64,000 bases of DNA from Lingula anatina (Eukaryota; Animalia; Brachiopoda). The notes beneath the pieces were generated by a model that made no database searches, was not told where the DNA came from, and saw only the letters and a list, made by a program, of their open reading frames with translations. Location of the stretch: positions 68,922,788-68,986,787 of the forward strand of contig CM120640.1 of assembly GCA_051362555.1 (NCBI GenBank), written 5' to 3'. Both the position numbers and the translations under genes were made by a program. Below, in pieces: positions 37,336 through 49,186 of this stretch; the first letter of the stretch is position 1, and every line of letters begins with the position of its first letter.

Positions 37336-39539
37336 TTAATTTGCATAAGTTAGTTTTAGTGGATCCTTTGTTTGCATTCTGTTTCTACAAAAGTCTTTCC
37401 AGCTCCTGCTATCCAAAGCAGATTCTTGTTCCACACATTCCATGATTGCTTCTTTTCCAGGCAGTTTTCCTTGAACCAGGAAACTTCCTAAATGCTTCAA
37501 TACAGCTGACACTTCTTCTTTTGTCCAAGGCCTTTTGCCTTTTGCCTTCTTTTTTGGGACTACAAATAAAAAAAGTATGGAACTATTCAGACTTAATGCT
37601 GTAGAGACTAATCATAACAAATGAGCTGCAGCTTAACTGAGCTGAAGCCTAAATCATCACACATGTTAAAAAAATAAAATTTTATCCTTTAACGAATCGA
37701 CCCGCCTTCCCTGCAGGGGGGGGAGAGCTATTAAAACAGCGAAGTTGCCTGAAGACATTCCATTAAAGAATTAGGTGTTATTCTTTCAAAATGTCACATG
37801 ATGAGTCAAACCCTGGCCCAGTTGTTGTGAAAGGCCTCTTAGGTTCCCCATAGAATATGGATCTAAGCATTTTGACAGCAAAATTAGTGTATAGCATATT
37901 TTCACCTGATATGTTATTAGATCATGTAACAAGTAATATCCAGAAAAAAATATGTTAGAATACCAATATAGAAATTTGAGAGTTCATTATATTATTCAAA
38001 TATTTTGATAAACATTTACTGTATGTAATTTCTTGCAATTCTTTTTACCTGGTTTTTCCACAAATGCATTAACTTCTCCACCATTATCTAAAGGGACCCT
38101 TGGAATCAATTGACCAACAATATCTGAAAAAGCAAAATTAAAGGTAAATATACTAAAGGGATAATAAATGACCATTTTAGCAAAAAAAAAAAAAAAAGGG
38201 GGGGGGTTAAGGGCAATTTTCACATACTTAAAACTATTGGTCAGTGAATCAGATCTGCAATTCAAAGTTAGTCCCTGTTTTTTTTCTAAAAAGTTTGGTG
38301 TTTTGTAATATTTTCTTAAGAGAATATTACAGAGTACAGTCATCTATGGAGGTCACGTGATGTGATAACAAGCACAGACTTCATAAAAATTGGGTTAACT
38401 GCCACTTTGGTGGTAAAATAGCATTTGTATTCATTGTCAAATAAGGATTTCATACTAACAGTTATCACTTTAAATGTAGCATGTAAATCTAGATAATTCT
38501 GACAGTTTTTATTGTACGTTTACACATAGAAGTGCACTCACTGCATGTTCCTATACTACGAAAAACATCACTTGTGCAACTCAACATTTTATCAAATTTT
38601 ACTATACCTTGAGCAGAGTCTTCATTTGCTGCGTCCTCCAACAATTCCTCTTCAAATACTAAAATTTGAAATCGTATAATGTTTGATTGATAAAACAACT
38701 AGTGAAATGAGAATTCAGTGTGTATTCTCTTACATACTTTGAATAAATTTTAATGATAACAGATTTTTGGTAATATCTCTCAGGTACACAACATCTTAAC
38801 ATTTAGAAATGTTTTCAGGGAGATGGATGGAAGTGTTTCACAATGATTTCTAAAGAAGGATCTAATACATACCATCTTCAGTGGTGACATTTATGTCATC
38901 GAGAGTCTTGCCTCCAATTTGCAGTCCTTGCTCTGAGGCAAGCAAAAGCTTGGACACTTTGGCCACCTGAACTGTTGCTTCTGGCAGTCTATAATATTCC
39001 CGATGTATACGAATATCATGGCCTAAAAACTTAGCCAAGATATCCAGCTCATTCTCTCTCAGATCTACCACCTGGGATATGGTGGCAATCTGCTTTCTCA
39101 GGGTGGTGGAATTGATCAGCTCTGGCTGCTTTGCTCCACTCTCTTGTGCTAGTTCTCTAAGGCAGTCCGACCACCGGATGTGACCCTCACTGCCATAGTT
39201 GGGCCTGGGGAAGAGATACTTGTTATCTTTGCTCACTCCAAATTTTGATCTTGTTTCAATGAGCAAATTTATTGCCTGTTGCACATCTGATGGGAGAAGA
39301 ACAGGGACTGTTCTTCCCCTTTTCCCTGTGATCTCCATTCTGTGTAGGGTTTGACATAACTCCTGCTCTACAGTAGTAAGACTATCTAAAACTACCTTCT
39401 CCCCATTAGGTGCTGGCCTATTCTGGTAATCATCTAATGTTATTCTGGAGGCCTCTCTACGGACGATCCATTTACCCTTTTCATTTAATTCTTGCACCCT
39501 CAAAAGATTGTCGGTCCTAAGATCTACCGAGTGAGCCAC
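37336..39539 (-). pseudogene. 5'-truncated spliced tyrosine recombinase + Myb-like gene of element 2
   Basis: Exon to 38873 has EASRITLDDY...GKRGRTVPVLL...TTLRKQIAT...LAKFLGHDIRIHREYYRLPE. Small exons 38658-38608 and 38123-38049. Last exon 37559-37336 has KRPWTKEEVSAV...GKLPGK...SRSWK. The N-terminal Zn-finger region is missing. Confidence 0.8.
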
Positions 39540-40067
39540 AAATTCAGACAGTTCTTTTTTATTTAAACCACTCCAAGTCAGTTGTACTAATAAAGAAGCG
39601 TGCCGTAATATGTACAGTGCGATGATAGTTATGTAGTTACGTAACGGCCTAGGAGAGCTTAATTTGATAAAAAAGACCTTTAGTTTAAAAATATGAACTT
39701 ACTGAATATATAGACATCTGAGATATAACATTAGTTGCAGTTTAGTCTGCCCTTTACAGCACAACCGAGGACGCGGAATTTGGTCCGCCCTTTACAGCAC
39801 AACCGAGGACGCGTGTGTATAGCACGATTTCAGACAAAAAGTTGGACAGTATTTCTGATACACTCGTGGCGGGAATTTGGCCCGCGTTATACAGCATAAC
39901 CTAGGACTGGCTCAGAATAGCGTCAAATTTCACCACCTAACTTGAGATGGGCCCCTTTATGCATTCCACTGCTTATGTCAACCGAGGACGTCCTCGGTTG
40001 GAGGTGTGTCCTCGGTTAGTGGGTTTCGGGCGGGTGTGTGTCCTCGGTTAGAATGCGTGCACAAGAG

Positions 40068-40093
40068 CACACACACACACACACACACACACA
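40068..40093 (+). repeat. (CA)n microsatellite, right flank of element 2
   Basis: Direct reading. Confidence 0.95.
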
Positions 40094-41734
40094 AAGATAT
40101 TTACAATACAGTCGAAAAAATAAATGATAGTGACAATTTAACATGTCATTGTTAAATTAAAATACTAGTCTTACTACTGTAGATAAATGCCACATTATAC
40201 GTGTATAGATTTGCACATAGCACTAAACCTTACGTACCCCAATGTCCAAGAGGGGGTTGTAAATGACTGAGACGGAGGATGAACAAGAGGATGTCTGTTT
40301 TCTGAGTCTGAAAGAAAAATGAATAAAAGCAGTGGAAAACACTTGTATAGTAAATACCATAGGAAATACGAATAGAAATGAAATACTAGAGCAACCAACT
40401 CGCCAACACAATTCTCAAGTGTCAGCCTTTCCATCATCTCAGTGTTGGAAATTGGCGCGCTGAGGCTTTATATAATGAAAGGTCACGTGATATAAGACCA
40501 GATGTCAAGAGATGTGTAAGTACTTAGCAGTCACGAGAGTTAATGAGAAGTATTCTGAGAATAACCAAATATATCACACGGTCACATTTATCTAGGATGA
40601 TTTTTTGGTTTTCTATCAAACTCTTCTTTTAGCTTGACCAGGTGTAAATTGTAACAATCTATTCAATCTAATCTGAGGATCTTACCCAATAATTTTTTCA
40701 GAGTAATGAAATTCCATTGTTTACTTGGAGATGAGGAAGAACAAGATTCTAGTGAAACATGGTTTTGCTAAGTTGAAAACTACTAAATTGAAGATATCAA
40801 TCATTGTGCGAGTTTGTTGAGTGGTGTCAAAGACAAGTGTGAAGGTGCAAATTTACCAACTGCAAGTGAATCAAGTTTGTTTTCATAATTAAATGTGCCA
40901 TCATACACTATTAATGCTTTAAGTGGAAATGCAAAAGGCTATTCTTCACTAGAATCTTTAGTTCTTAATCATCTACAAGTAAACAATGGAATCATGCACT
41001 GATTCAAAGAATGCGAGTGTTTCTTTCAGTTTATCTGTAATCCTCCTCCTTCACTACATCTCTCTCTACAGCTCTGATACACCCCCTCATGACGGCATCT
41101 TAACGTGTTCTTTACACACAAAGCAGATCCTCCATTTTCTCGTCTGTTTCCCTCTAAAGAAAGCACAAAGACTGACACAGACTCTCTACACAAAGACACT
41201 GCAGAGTTTTGGGGCTCATTTCCATTGAAATTATTGATTGATTAGCATGCCTTCTTTGTTAAGATTGTGGATATTTCTGCAATCCTTTTTTTCTTCAGTT
41301 ACATAAGTCTAAGAGTTTCACATGTTTATTTTCTGTAGTTTTAGATTCCACTTTGTCACAAATTCACCTTTAAATATAGTTACATATAGAATAAATTTAA
41401 ATAAATACTATTGTGTAGAGAAGCAATTAGCAATCACATTACAGTGGCCAGCATTACAGAAGTGAAGAGACTTCTCATGTAGTTACAGCTAGATGAAATA
41501 GTAATTTACCATCTAACCAAAAATTGTTTTTGGTTTGCAAACTGACATCCTTGATTTTTTCTTGACTCTTAAAAATAACTATCTTGAAAAATTATAGTTT
41601 ATTGGCAGCCCCTGTATTTTACAATACTTATTCAGACAGTTCAGGCTGTATTGAAGACCTAATGGGCTCTTAAATGATGCTAATAGGTTTCTGTGTTGCA
41701 GATATGCACCAAGAGTGTTTTTGATATTAAGGCA

Positions 41735-41890
41735 GAGGTTATATGGTATTGGGGTACAGGTGATTTAATATTGATGCACAGGTTATATGATATTGGGGTA
41801 CAGATAATATAAGATTTTGGTGCACAGGTTATGTGATATTGGGGTACAGATTATATAAGATTTTGGTGCACAGGTTATGTGATATTGGTG
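41735..41890 (+). repeat. ~46-bp minisatellite (about 3 copies)
   Basis: tgcacaggttatgtgatattggggtacagat.atataagattttgg repeated. Confidence 0.8.
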
Positions 41891-43214
41891 CTCATGACAC
41901 TGTCAGTTTATAATGCCTAGGCTTTGTCTGTGATACAAGAATGTAAAATTGAAATGAGAATATTTTATATGAAAATAAAGTTATTTGCAAATCAAATTTT
42001 GCTTTCATTTTAATGTATTAAGTATACAGATCAGTAACCAGATGTAAGGTTCTCAAAATCAAAGTGGTAATTAATGAGCATTGAAAGACCTAACATGAAC
42101 AGAAAATAATTATTGGTTAAAAAAGGAGGTAAACGTGTTGTAAGAAGGGGAAATTGCAAACATTTCATTTGTGGTCCAAATATAATGTAAGACTATTCCA
42201 TTATCATTTTAATAATGTATGCCAAAATTTGACGTAAACTTTATTTTAAAGATACACTCCATTAATATTAATGGATTTTCCACTAACGTATTTTCCCAGA
42301 AAAAAAAGTTTTCCCGTACTCATGAATCATTTGTGTATCCCTCTCTGCACTTCGATTCGACCTTTAATAAATAAAATTTGACTGGCCAGTCATTTTTATA
42401 TAAGTTCCAACAGAAATATCTACCTTGGGTACGCTCCAGAAAAAAATTTAAAGGGTTAAATCATTTTCAAGATGTATGTAAGGTTTTATGAGAAGCTGTG
42501 GATAGCAAAAATAAGCATTTTCGGGATTTTCAAAACCATGGAGTGTATCAACATTACAAGAATTGAAAGTAATTTTTTCTCAGTTTCAATGAACTGGATA
42601 AATTGAATAAGGTATTTCCTTTTCAAAAATGCTGCATCAACCAACTTAGTTAAAAGATGTCTACAGTAAGCTTTTTATACTAGCTGAACACTTGACAATA
42701 ACGTAAAGCAGTGTGTATGCACAATAAGGACAGCTACCTCCACCCCCCCCCCCCCTCACCCCCCAAAAGTGGTATCACCTATCCTCTGGTCCACTGCTGA
42801 ATAGCTCTTGTTATAAAGTTCTATTTGCTATTGCTAAGATTAATTGCACAGCAGTAGTGAAATACCCCCTCCTTCCTTCAGAAAGTAGGCTCTAGGTAGG
42901 TATATTTCATTTAATACCTTCATTAATTGGATTCCAGTGCAGCAAAAAATAAATAAATAAATAAAATAATAATAATAATAATAATTATAACAATAATAAA
43001 TAAATAAATTGATATTGCACATGTAAATAACATTTTATTCAAATCTACTACATAATGTTAAAGAACTTTATTTTACAATGGAAAAAATATACAAGATAAT
43101 GACCAATATTTACAATGATCTTTCCTATTGCTTGAAGTATTATTTTTACTTCCATGATTTTAACTGTTTGTTTTTAAACTCTCAGCAGTATTATTCAAGT
43201 TCTCCTGATAATGC

Positions 43215-46200
43215 TTAGTAGATGTATAATGAGCCATCATAGGGTCCAACATAACCTATTGCAATCAATATGACATCCACTATAGTCCACACTCCCAGAC
43301 CTCCAAAGCTGAACAGTTTGCCAATCCCTTCTCTCCAGAGACCTAAATAAAATCTGTCTGCTCCAAAACCACCAACTGTTACACTGAAATTGAAGAGTTG
43401 TTAAATAAGTTGCATTCTTAAACAAATTAGAAGATAAATAAAAAAAATGAAAAATCAGTTAAGTACTGTAAATAATTGCTCAACTTTTCCAAACATTAGA
43501 GAAAATTTAAGATTAAACTTAAAACACTTAAAAACAAATTATCTTAAGCTAAAAGAAAAAGAAAGTCACCTTAAAATGAGAGCAGTGGACCATCTGTAAC
43601 CCTTAGTCCAATTGCATGATCTGTTCTTGTAAAACTTTCTTCGTCCTAAAATATTTAAGAAGGGCATGTTTTGAACAGACATTTTTGGATGTAAGCATCT
43701 AGTACTCAGACAGCTAGTGAACCACAGCACGTGAAAGGGCTACACCATTCAACAAGAATCATCGGTTGTTGTGATGTTACAGATCTGATATAGTAGATGA
43801 GTGAAGGTTTTGTTTAATGTGGACATAGTTTAAAAATGGAAATTGCTCAGTCAAGAATCAGATGGGCATTCCTTACCTAGACAAAGAATATGGTCTTTGA
43901 CAGAGCAGTTTGCCCTATAGGTAGGACGCGGTGTGGTCACAGCCTGACAATTGGATTGAGTGGTGCAAGTATGCTGCCACTCTTCTGTTTGGTAGCAATA
44001 ACGACAGTTGAATTCCCTTGTGAAGTTTCTTTCGCCCTGAATTTAAAAGCAGAAAAGAATGAAGACAAACTTATGTTTAATCTAATATATTTTTAATGAT
44101 TCCGTAATCAAAATGTCAAAAATATCTCTTGAACAGATAAGCTACATTAATCCCAATAAATAAATAATTAATTAATTAATTTATTTATTTATTAATGTTG
44201 ATGTTTTTTTAAGTGTGTGTCCATGATAAGACCAGTCAGAGGGTGGCAAGGTGGGGGTCAACAGATTTCAACCAAATTCATAATATAGTTGCATACATAG
44301 GAGATATTCACATTGAAGGCAACAATCCCAAAAGAAATCATTGGATATAATTATAATATAATATTAAATGTTTTGGCCATTTTTGGCTTGATTTTCAGCT
44401 TCAGTCAATAAAGCCACTTCATAAGCAAATATGTCAAAACTGCTGACTTTTTAAAATAAATTGATAATTTACCTATTTAAACCAGCCATTTGCCATTGAG
44501 AATATGTTACTTAATTTCAGTTTAACCCACAAACTAACGAGCCACGCCCATTTTTATAACCCCACCCCCCAAACTCACTTTTCTACCAAGCAATGTTCAA
44601 GCATTCATATCTCTCTTTTTGCAGGGTTGACAGCCATAAAATTGAATAGGGATCCTGAGCATATATTGGTCTCATCATACAAATTTTAAAAAGTGTGTTA
44701 AACACAACAGAAGATATTGAAAAAGTGCCTCAAACATAAGCAATTTTAGCAGAAAACCAAACGACCAAAATCAAGATATCAGTACATTTTGAGATAATAC
44801 CTTCCAATAATCAAGTTTAATCAAAGACTCACAGCCAGGAATTCAAACAATGCTTTGATAAGGGCAAATCTATCCAATTTTTATAAATACAAGATGGCTG
44901 CCATCAATTCTGTCCCAAAATACAGTTACCATAATTCCTCAAAATAATCAAGAGGCCCATTTTTGCAGGTTTTTTTTTTTTATTTTGAGATCTGTAATAC
45001 AGGATTGCTCAGATAATATTCTTTTCAAACAGAGCCATACAACTTCTGAATAAATTTAAATTATTAGTGACAAGTTATTCACCCCCCCCCCCCATTTAAT
45101 GAGTTATTACTGTGCATATCCAATGTCATCAGCATTGTGTATATACCTTATTTTCAGGGAGCAATAGAGAAAAATAAAAAATAAAAAAAATTACAAAGGA
45201 TTTTTCTAAAGGTAAAAGGGAATGACTGTCTCATTTTATCAGTTTTCTCAAGTGCAACACTAATTAATCCACTTGAAATGATTTATATTGCATTTTTCAA
45301 CCATTCTTTTTCCTTTCAAATGATTCATAGGTTTTGTAAATACATGTGATATCTTGATATCTATATTCTTTATTTATAAAGAAAATTAAAACAGAGTCAG
45401 CAACATACAATGACAGGAGTACTTTATTTTCATATTATCAATTGGACAGTAAAAGAACAAAGCAATTTCTTTTTCACAGGAGTGAAATCAAGCTATGAAT
45501 CTCCAAGGTTCCAATATCACGGTCATCTTTTCCATATACTGAACACAACAGTGATGGGTAGTGTTCCAGAGATTTTAATCTTATAACTGATTGATCCCCA
45601 AGTTTCTTCTTCTGGTTGAGAGATCTAGGGTCTCCTTAGACAGTAATGATAATTCAGCAATCTTAGAATAAGTGTGGTAACTTGAAGCAACATGCCACTA
45701 TAGTTTAGTGTAACTGAACTGTCAATTGTCAATATTTGTCAATCCAATGGAAATCCAATTTGAAATCCAGAATTTCATAATAGAAAGACAGAGTTGGTGC
45801 TCACATCTGAATCTGATGAATTTGCCTGTGCAATTTCAGGTGAATCTTCTATTATTATCTGTACGATTGTCCAGGTCAAGGTTCACATCCAGGCCTAGGA
45901 TGTAAAATCTGAAAAATAAACATAACATCAATAAATGTTTTACAACAACAGAGGCTTACTGTGTTCAGAATAGAAACTACTGTAGCAGGATCAATCTATC
46001 TCAGCGGAGTATCACACTCAGGCTCAGTCACTGTAATCAGCTTAATTGTCTGGCACACCCCCTTGCAAAGCAACATGAACAACATAATGGACCGCAAAGT
46101 CTTCCTGATTTTACTTAAGTACTTTCTAGTTGTACAAGTGTTCTGTGTAAGTCTTGAAAATTGAAGCAGTGTGTTACAAAGTCACATAAAGCTAAGTGGT

Positions 46201-46702
46201 TAACTTCAACTTCATTGTAAACACATATAAATCTGCATATCAAACTAAAATATAAAAAACTGGCACAAGTAACATCCCCTAAAATGCCAAAACTTGAAAC
46301 TGAATGTGTGTTACATACCTTTGATTCTGGGTAAGAAATTTCTAATGAAGCTGTCTACAAGCTGTCTCTTAACTGTTTGTGTTATGATAACACATGTAAC
46401 AAAGCCCTAGAATTTAATGCACAAATATACTTCATAAGTTAGATACACAGTTAATTCTTTTCAGCAAATATATTTACCATGAAATAGAAATCAAGTAAAA
46501 TTCTATGAATTGAAATATACCAGAACATCTTTTAATTCTGCTTATATTCTTTATATTACTTAAAAATATTCAAACTTATTATTTAAACTGGTTTGAGTTT
46601 TTAGTGTATCTGATTCTAGTATATGTATGCTACCACTGGCCAACAACAGAGTAGGTTATTACTATATAAAGACTACCTGAAATAGTGACAGAACCGACTT
46701 TG

Positions 46703-46766
<64 letters not shown>

Positions 46767-48771
46767 CACTTACCTTACAACAAACATCCAGAGCTAAATC
46801 GATGAGCTGGATATATTGAGGAACCCAAGCCTGACAACAGTCTGAAGTGGTTCAACAACAACAACAAAAAAAAAAAAAAAATGCACATTCTAAAGACGAC
46901 CAGCTGCTATGGCCATTTCTTGTGATATTCTGGTGCACACCAATCCTTCTGAGATGTACCTAAGCATCTCTAGCGCATGTTCTTCATAAAATTAAGAAAG
47001 CATTATGTTTTAACACTGTAAAGACGATGTGCTTTTCTCCACAGTTGCTCCGGTGATAATCTTAGTACCCGCCATGTTGAAAATAGGTCACAGAGTTAGC
47101 ATTGTTATTTTACATTTAGTTTCTACAACATAAACAAATTTAAAAAATGTATTTTTGCTTCATAAGTTTGTCTGCAGGGCAAACATGGTTGTTTTAAGGG
47201 CTTTTCACAAACCTATACATGGTTTTGACTTATTAATTTAGTGGAAGAAACAGATTAGCATTTCAGTAGTATAAAAATATTCGTTTTTAGGCCCTTTTTA
47301 AAATTGTTATAGTTCTCATTTTACAAGGTTTAACACGGATTTTATTTCATAAAATTTATTTTGCAACCCTTTTCTATCAGCACATACCAAAATTATATGG
47401 ATACAACCTGCAAAAAAGAAGATGTGTGCATTTAAAGAAGGGGAGGGGGTCAAGCATACGGAAAACATGCCTTATTAGAATCAACCTTGTGTGGTCATGA
47501 CAGTGCCCTTTCGAAAAATCTGTACTGGGTATTAAAGGTCTGTCCTTAACCCATCATATGGCATACCTAAATAATTCCTTATGATGTACATGATTTTTTA
47601 AAATAATATTTAAAATTATAACTTTTCAAGAGCTGAAAAATGCTATATTTTGGCAAAATTGCGGATAAAAGACCTTCCCCCATATCTCTAAAACTAATGA
47701 TCCAAAATAAGAAAGCCAGTGGCTCACAATATCTTTCATGTTGATGGTTTACCACACCAAAAATTATTAAAATCTGCTGACCCCCACCTTGCCGCCTTCT
47801 GACCGATCTGTTTGGCTTTCTCATGGACGCGCTCTTAACACGTTTTGCTAAGATTAGGTGGCTATCTTCTGTTAGCAAAGATAATTTTGTTTTCAAACAC
47901 ACTATCTTACATCAACAAGAGATCATTAGTAATTTACACTTACATCACATACAATATCTGCCAGAGCTTTGCAAGTCACTGTCACATCATCTCCATAGGT
48001 GCATGAAGTATCAAATTCACATTCAATGCAACAGGCTCCTAGCTCACTACATTTTGCCTTGCTAGGACATGAAGATATGTACTGTTTGCTGCATGTGTTA
48101 TTAAAAAAATTAGGATCCAGGACGGTACTATTGGAACCTGAATGCCCTTGCCATATCACAGTGCTTTCATCTGATGGAAAAGTATGTGTTCCTCTATCTG
48201 GAAAATCTGTTGTTAGTTCTGAAATAGAAATTTATCATATTTGTTGATAATAAAGTTTTAGGAGTTGGAGTTTTAGCTGAAAGATATAAACAGATAGCAC
48301 CTATGAATACGATTAAAATAAATTGAACTGTTTTAACAAACGGATTTAAAAAGCCTTGCTTCACGGGCGTTGCTTCACTTAGAATTACAGTATCAGGAGA
48401 CCAGGATCAACAGTGGTCCGATTCTTCTGTCTTTAGACTGCTGGTCACGTTTTCAGATATTTATTGAGCGTGCTGGAACTACTGTGCATTAAAAGTAAAA
48501 AGGCCTATCATTTGGACTAGGTCACCACAACAATCACTCCTGTCAGTGATCTCAACCAAGGTAAAACAAATCATGAAATAAACATAACATGAAATAACAT
48601 TGCAGACCCATATTAAGAATAATTCAATTTGGATATCCTTACTACTGATTCGCTTGCGGGTGTGTATAAATCTGGCAAAAACCTACCTGTTTGGTCAGCT
48701 GTTGTTGTCAAAAAGTAAGAAAATACGAAAAGTATCAGCAATTTCGTTTTTTCCTCGTCGAAGGCCACCAT
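43215..48771 (-). CDS. TM2D3: TM2 domain-containing protein 3 (almondex orthologue)
   Basis: Exons 48771-48687, 48218-47944, 44036-43877, 43645-43570 and 43383-43215. Signal peptide, Cys-rich ectodomain (GERNFTREFNCRYCYQ...YRANCSVKDHILCLG), CNWTKGYRWSTAL, and TM2 motif GGFGADRFYLG..REGIGKLFSFGGLGVWT..D...GYVGPYDGSLYIY*. Confidence 0.95.
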
Positions 48772-48991
48772 GTTGTCATCCCGCAGATAATTAAATAAAT
48801 GTCAAACACAAATGAAACTTTCTGCTGTGATGCAATTTGAAGCTTTCCTCCTGATATTTTGTTTCAATTGTCCCATTAAATGCTATATTTCTACCGACTT
48901 TGGTTATTGGTTTTGTCAAAAAAGTGCTTTCGACCTCAGGCTGCTAATTGGCCTCTCTTTGAATGAACCAAGCACTTACCGTACCAAGAAG
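48772..48991. promoter_or_regulatory. Putative bidirectional promoter and 5' UTRs of TM2D3 and PGPEP1
   Basis: The two start codons diverge ~415 bp apart. A probable PGPEP1 5'-UTR donor aag|gtaaac lies at ~48991. Confidence 0.55.
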
Positions 48992-49186
48992 GTAAACATT
49001 GTGAACTAATGCATGGCTTTGTTTATATTTTTTACCCACAGCATTCGGCAAACGTCAAACACAAATTAATGTATAATTCTGCATTATGATATATTATTTA
49101 AAGTAGATTGCTCATGTACTGTCATTGCGATTGAAGTCGAAAATCTTCCTCATTTGTAGATCTAACATTAGTTAGTGCTTAGGAAA

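Larger units (their letters stand above)
33853..40065 (-). mobile_element. CryptonV-like YR transposon, element 2 (~6.2 kb, internally deleted)
   Basis: Termini CTTGT...ACAAG next to (CA)n tracts. Perfect 22-bp IR cattctaaccgaggacacacac (34025) / gtgtgtgtcctcggttagaatg (40034). AACCGAGGAC arrays at both ends. Contains a YR gene remnant. Confidence 0.8.

Noticed and set aside
40195-41230. Possible small spliced gene (40437-40235) and a LINE-endonuclease-like GGSALCVK peptide
   Set aside because: Too short and degenerate to support a call.
42247-42552. Possible Kolobok-like MITE (gatacactccat / atggagtgtatc)
   Set aside because: Only a 12-bp IR, and the right-hand TTAA is missing.
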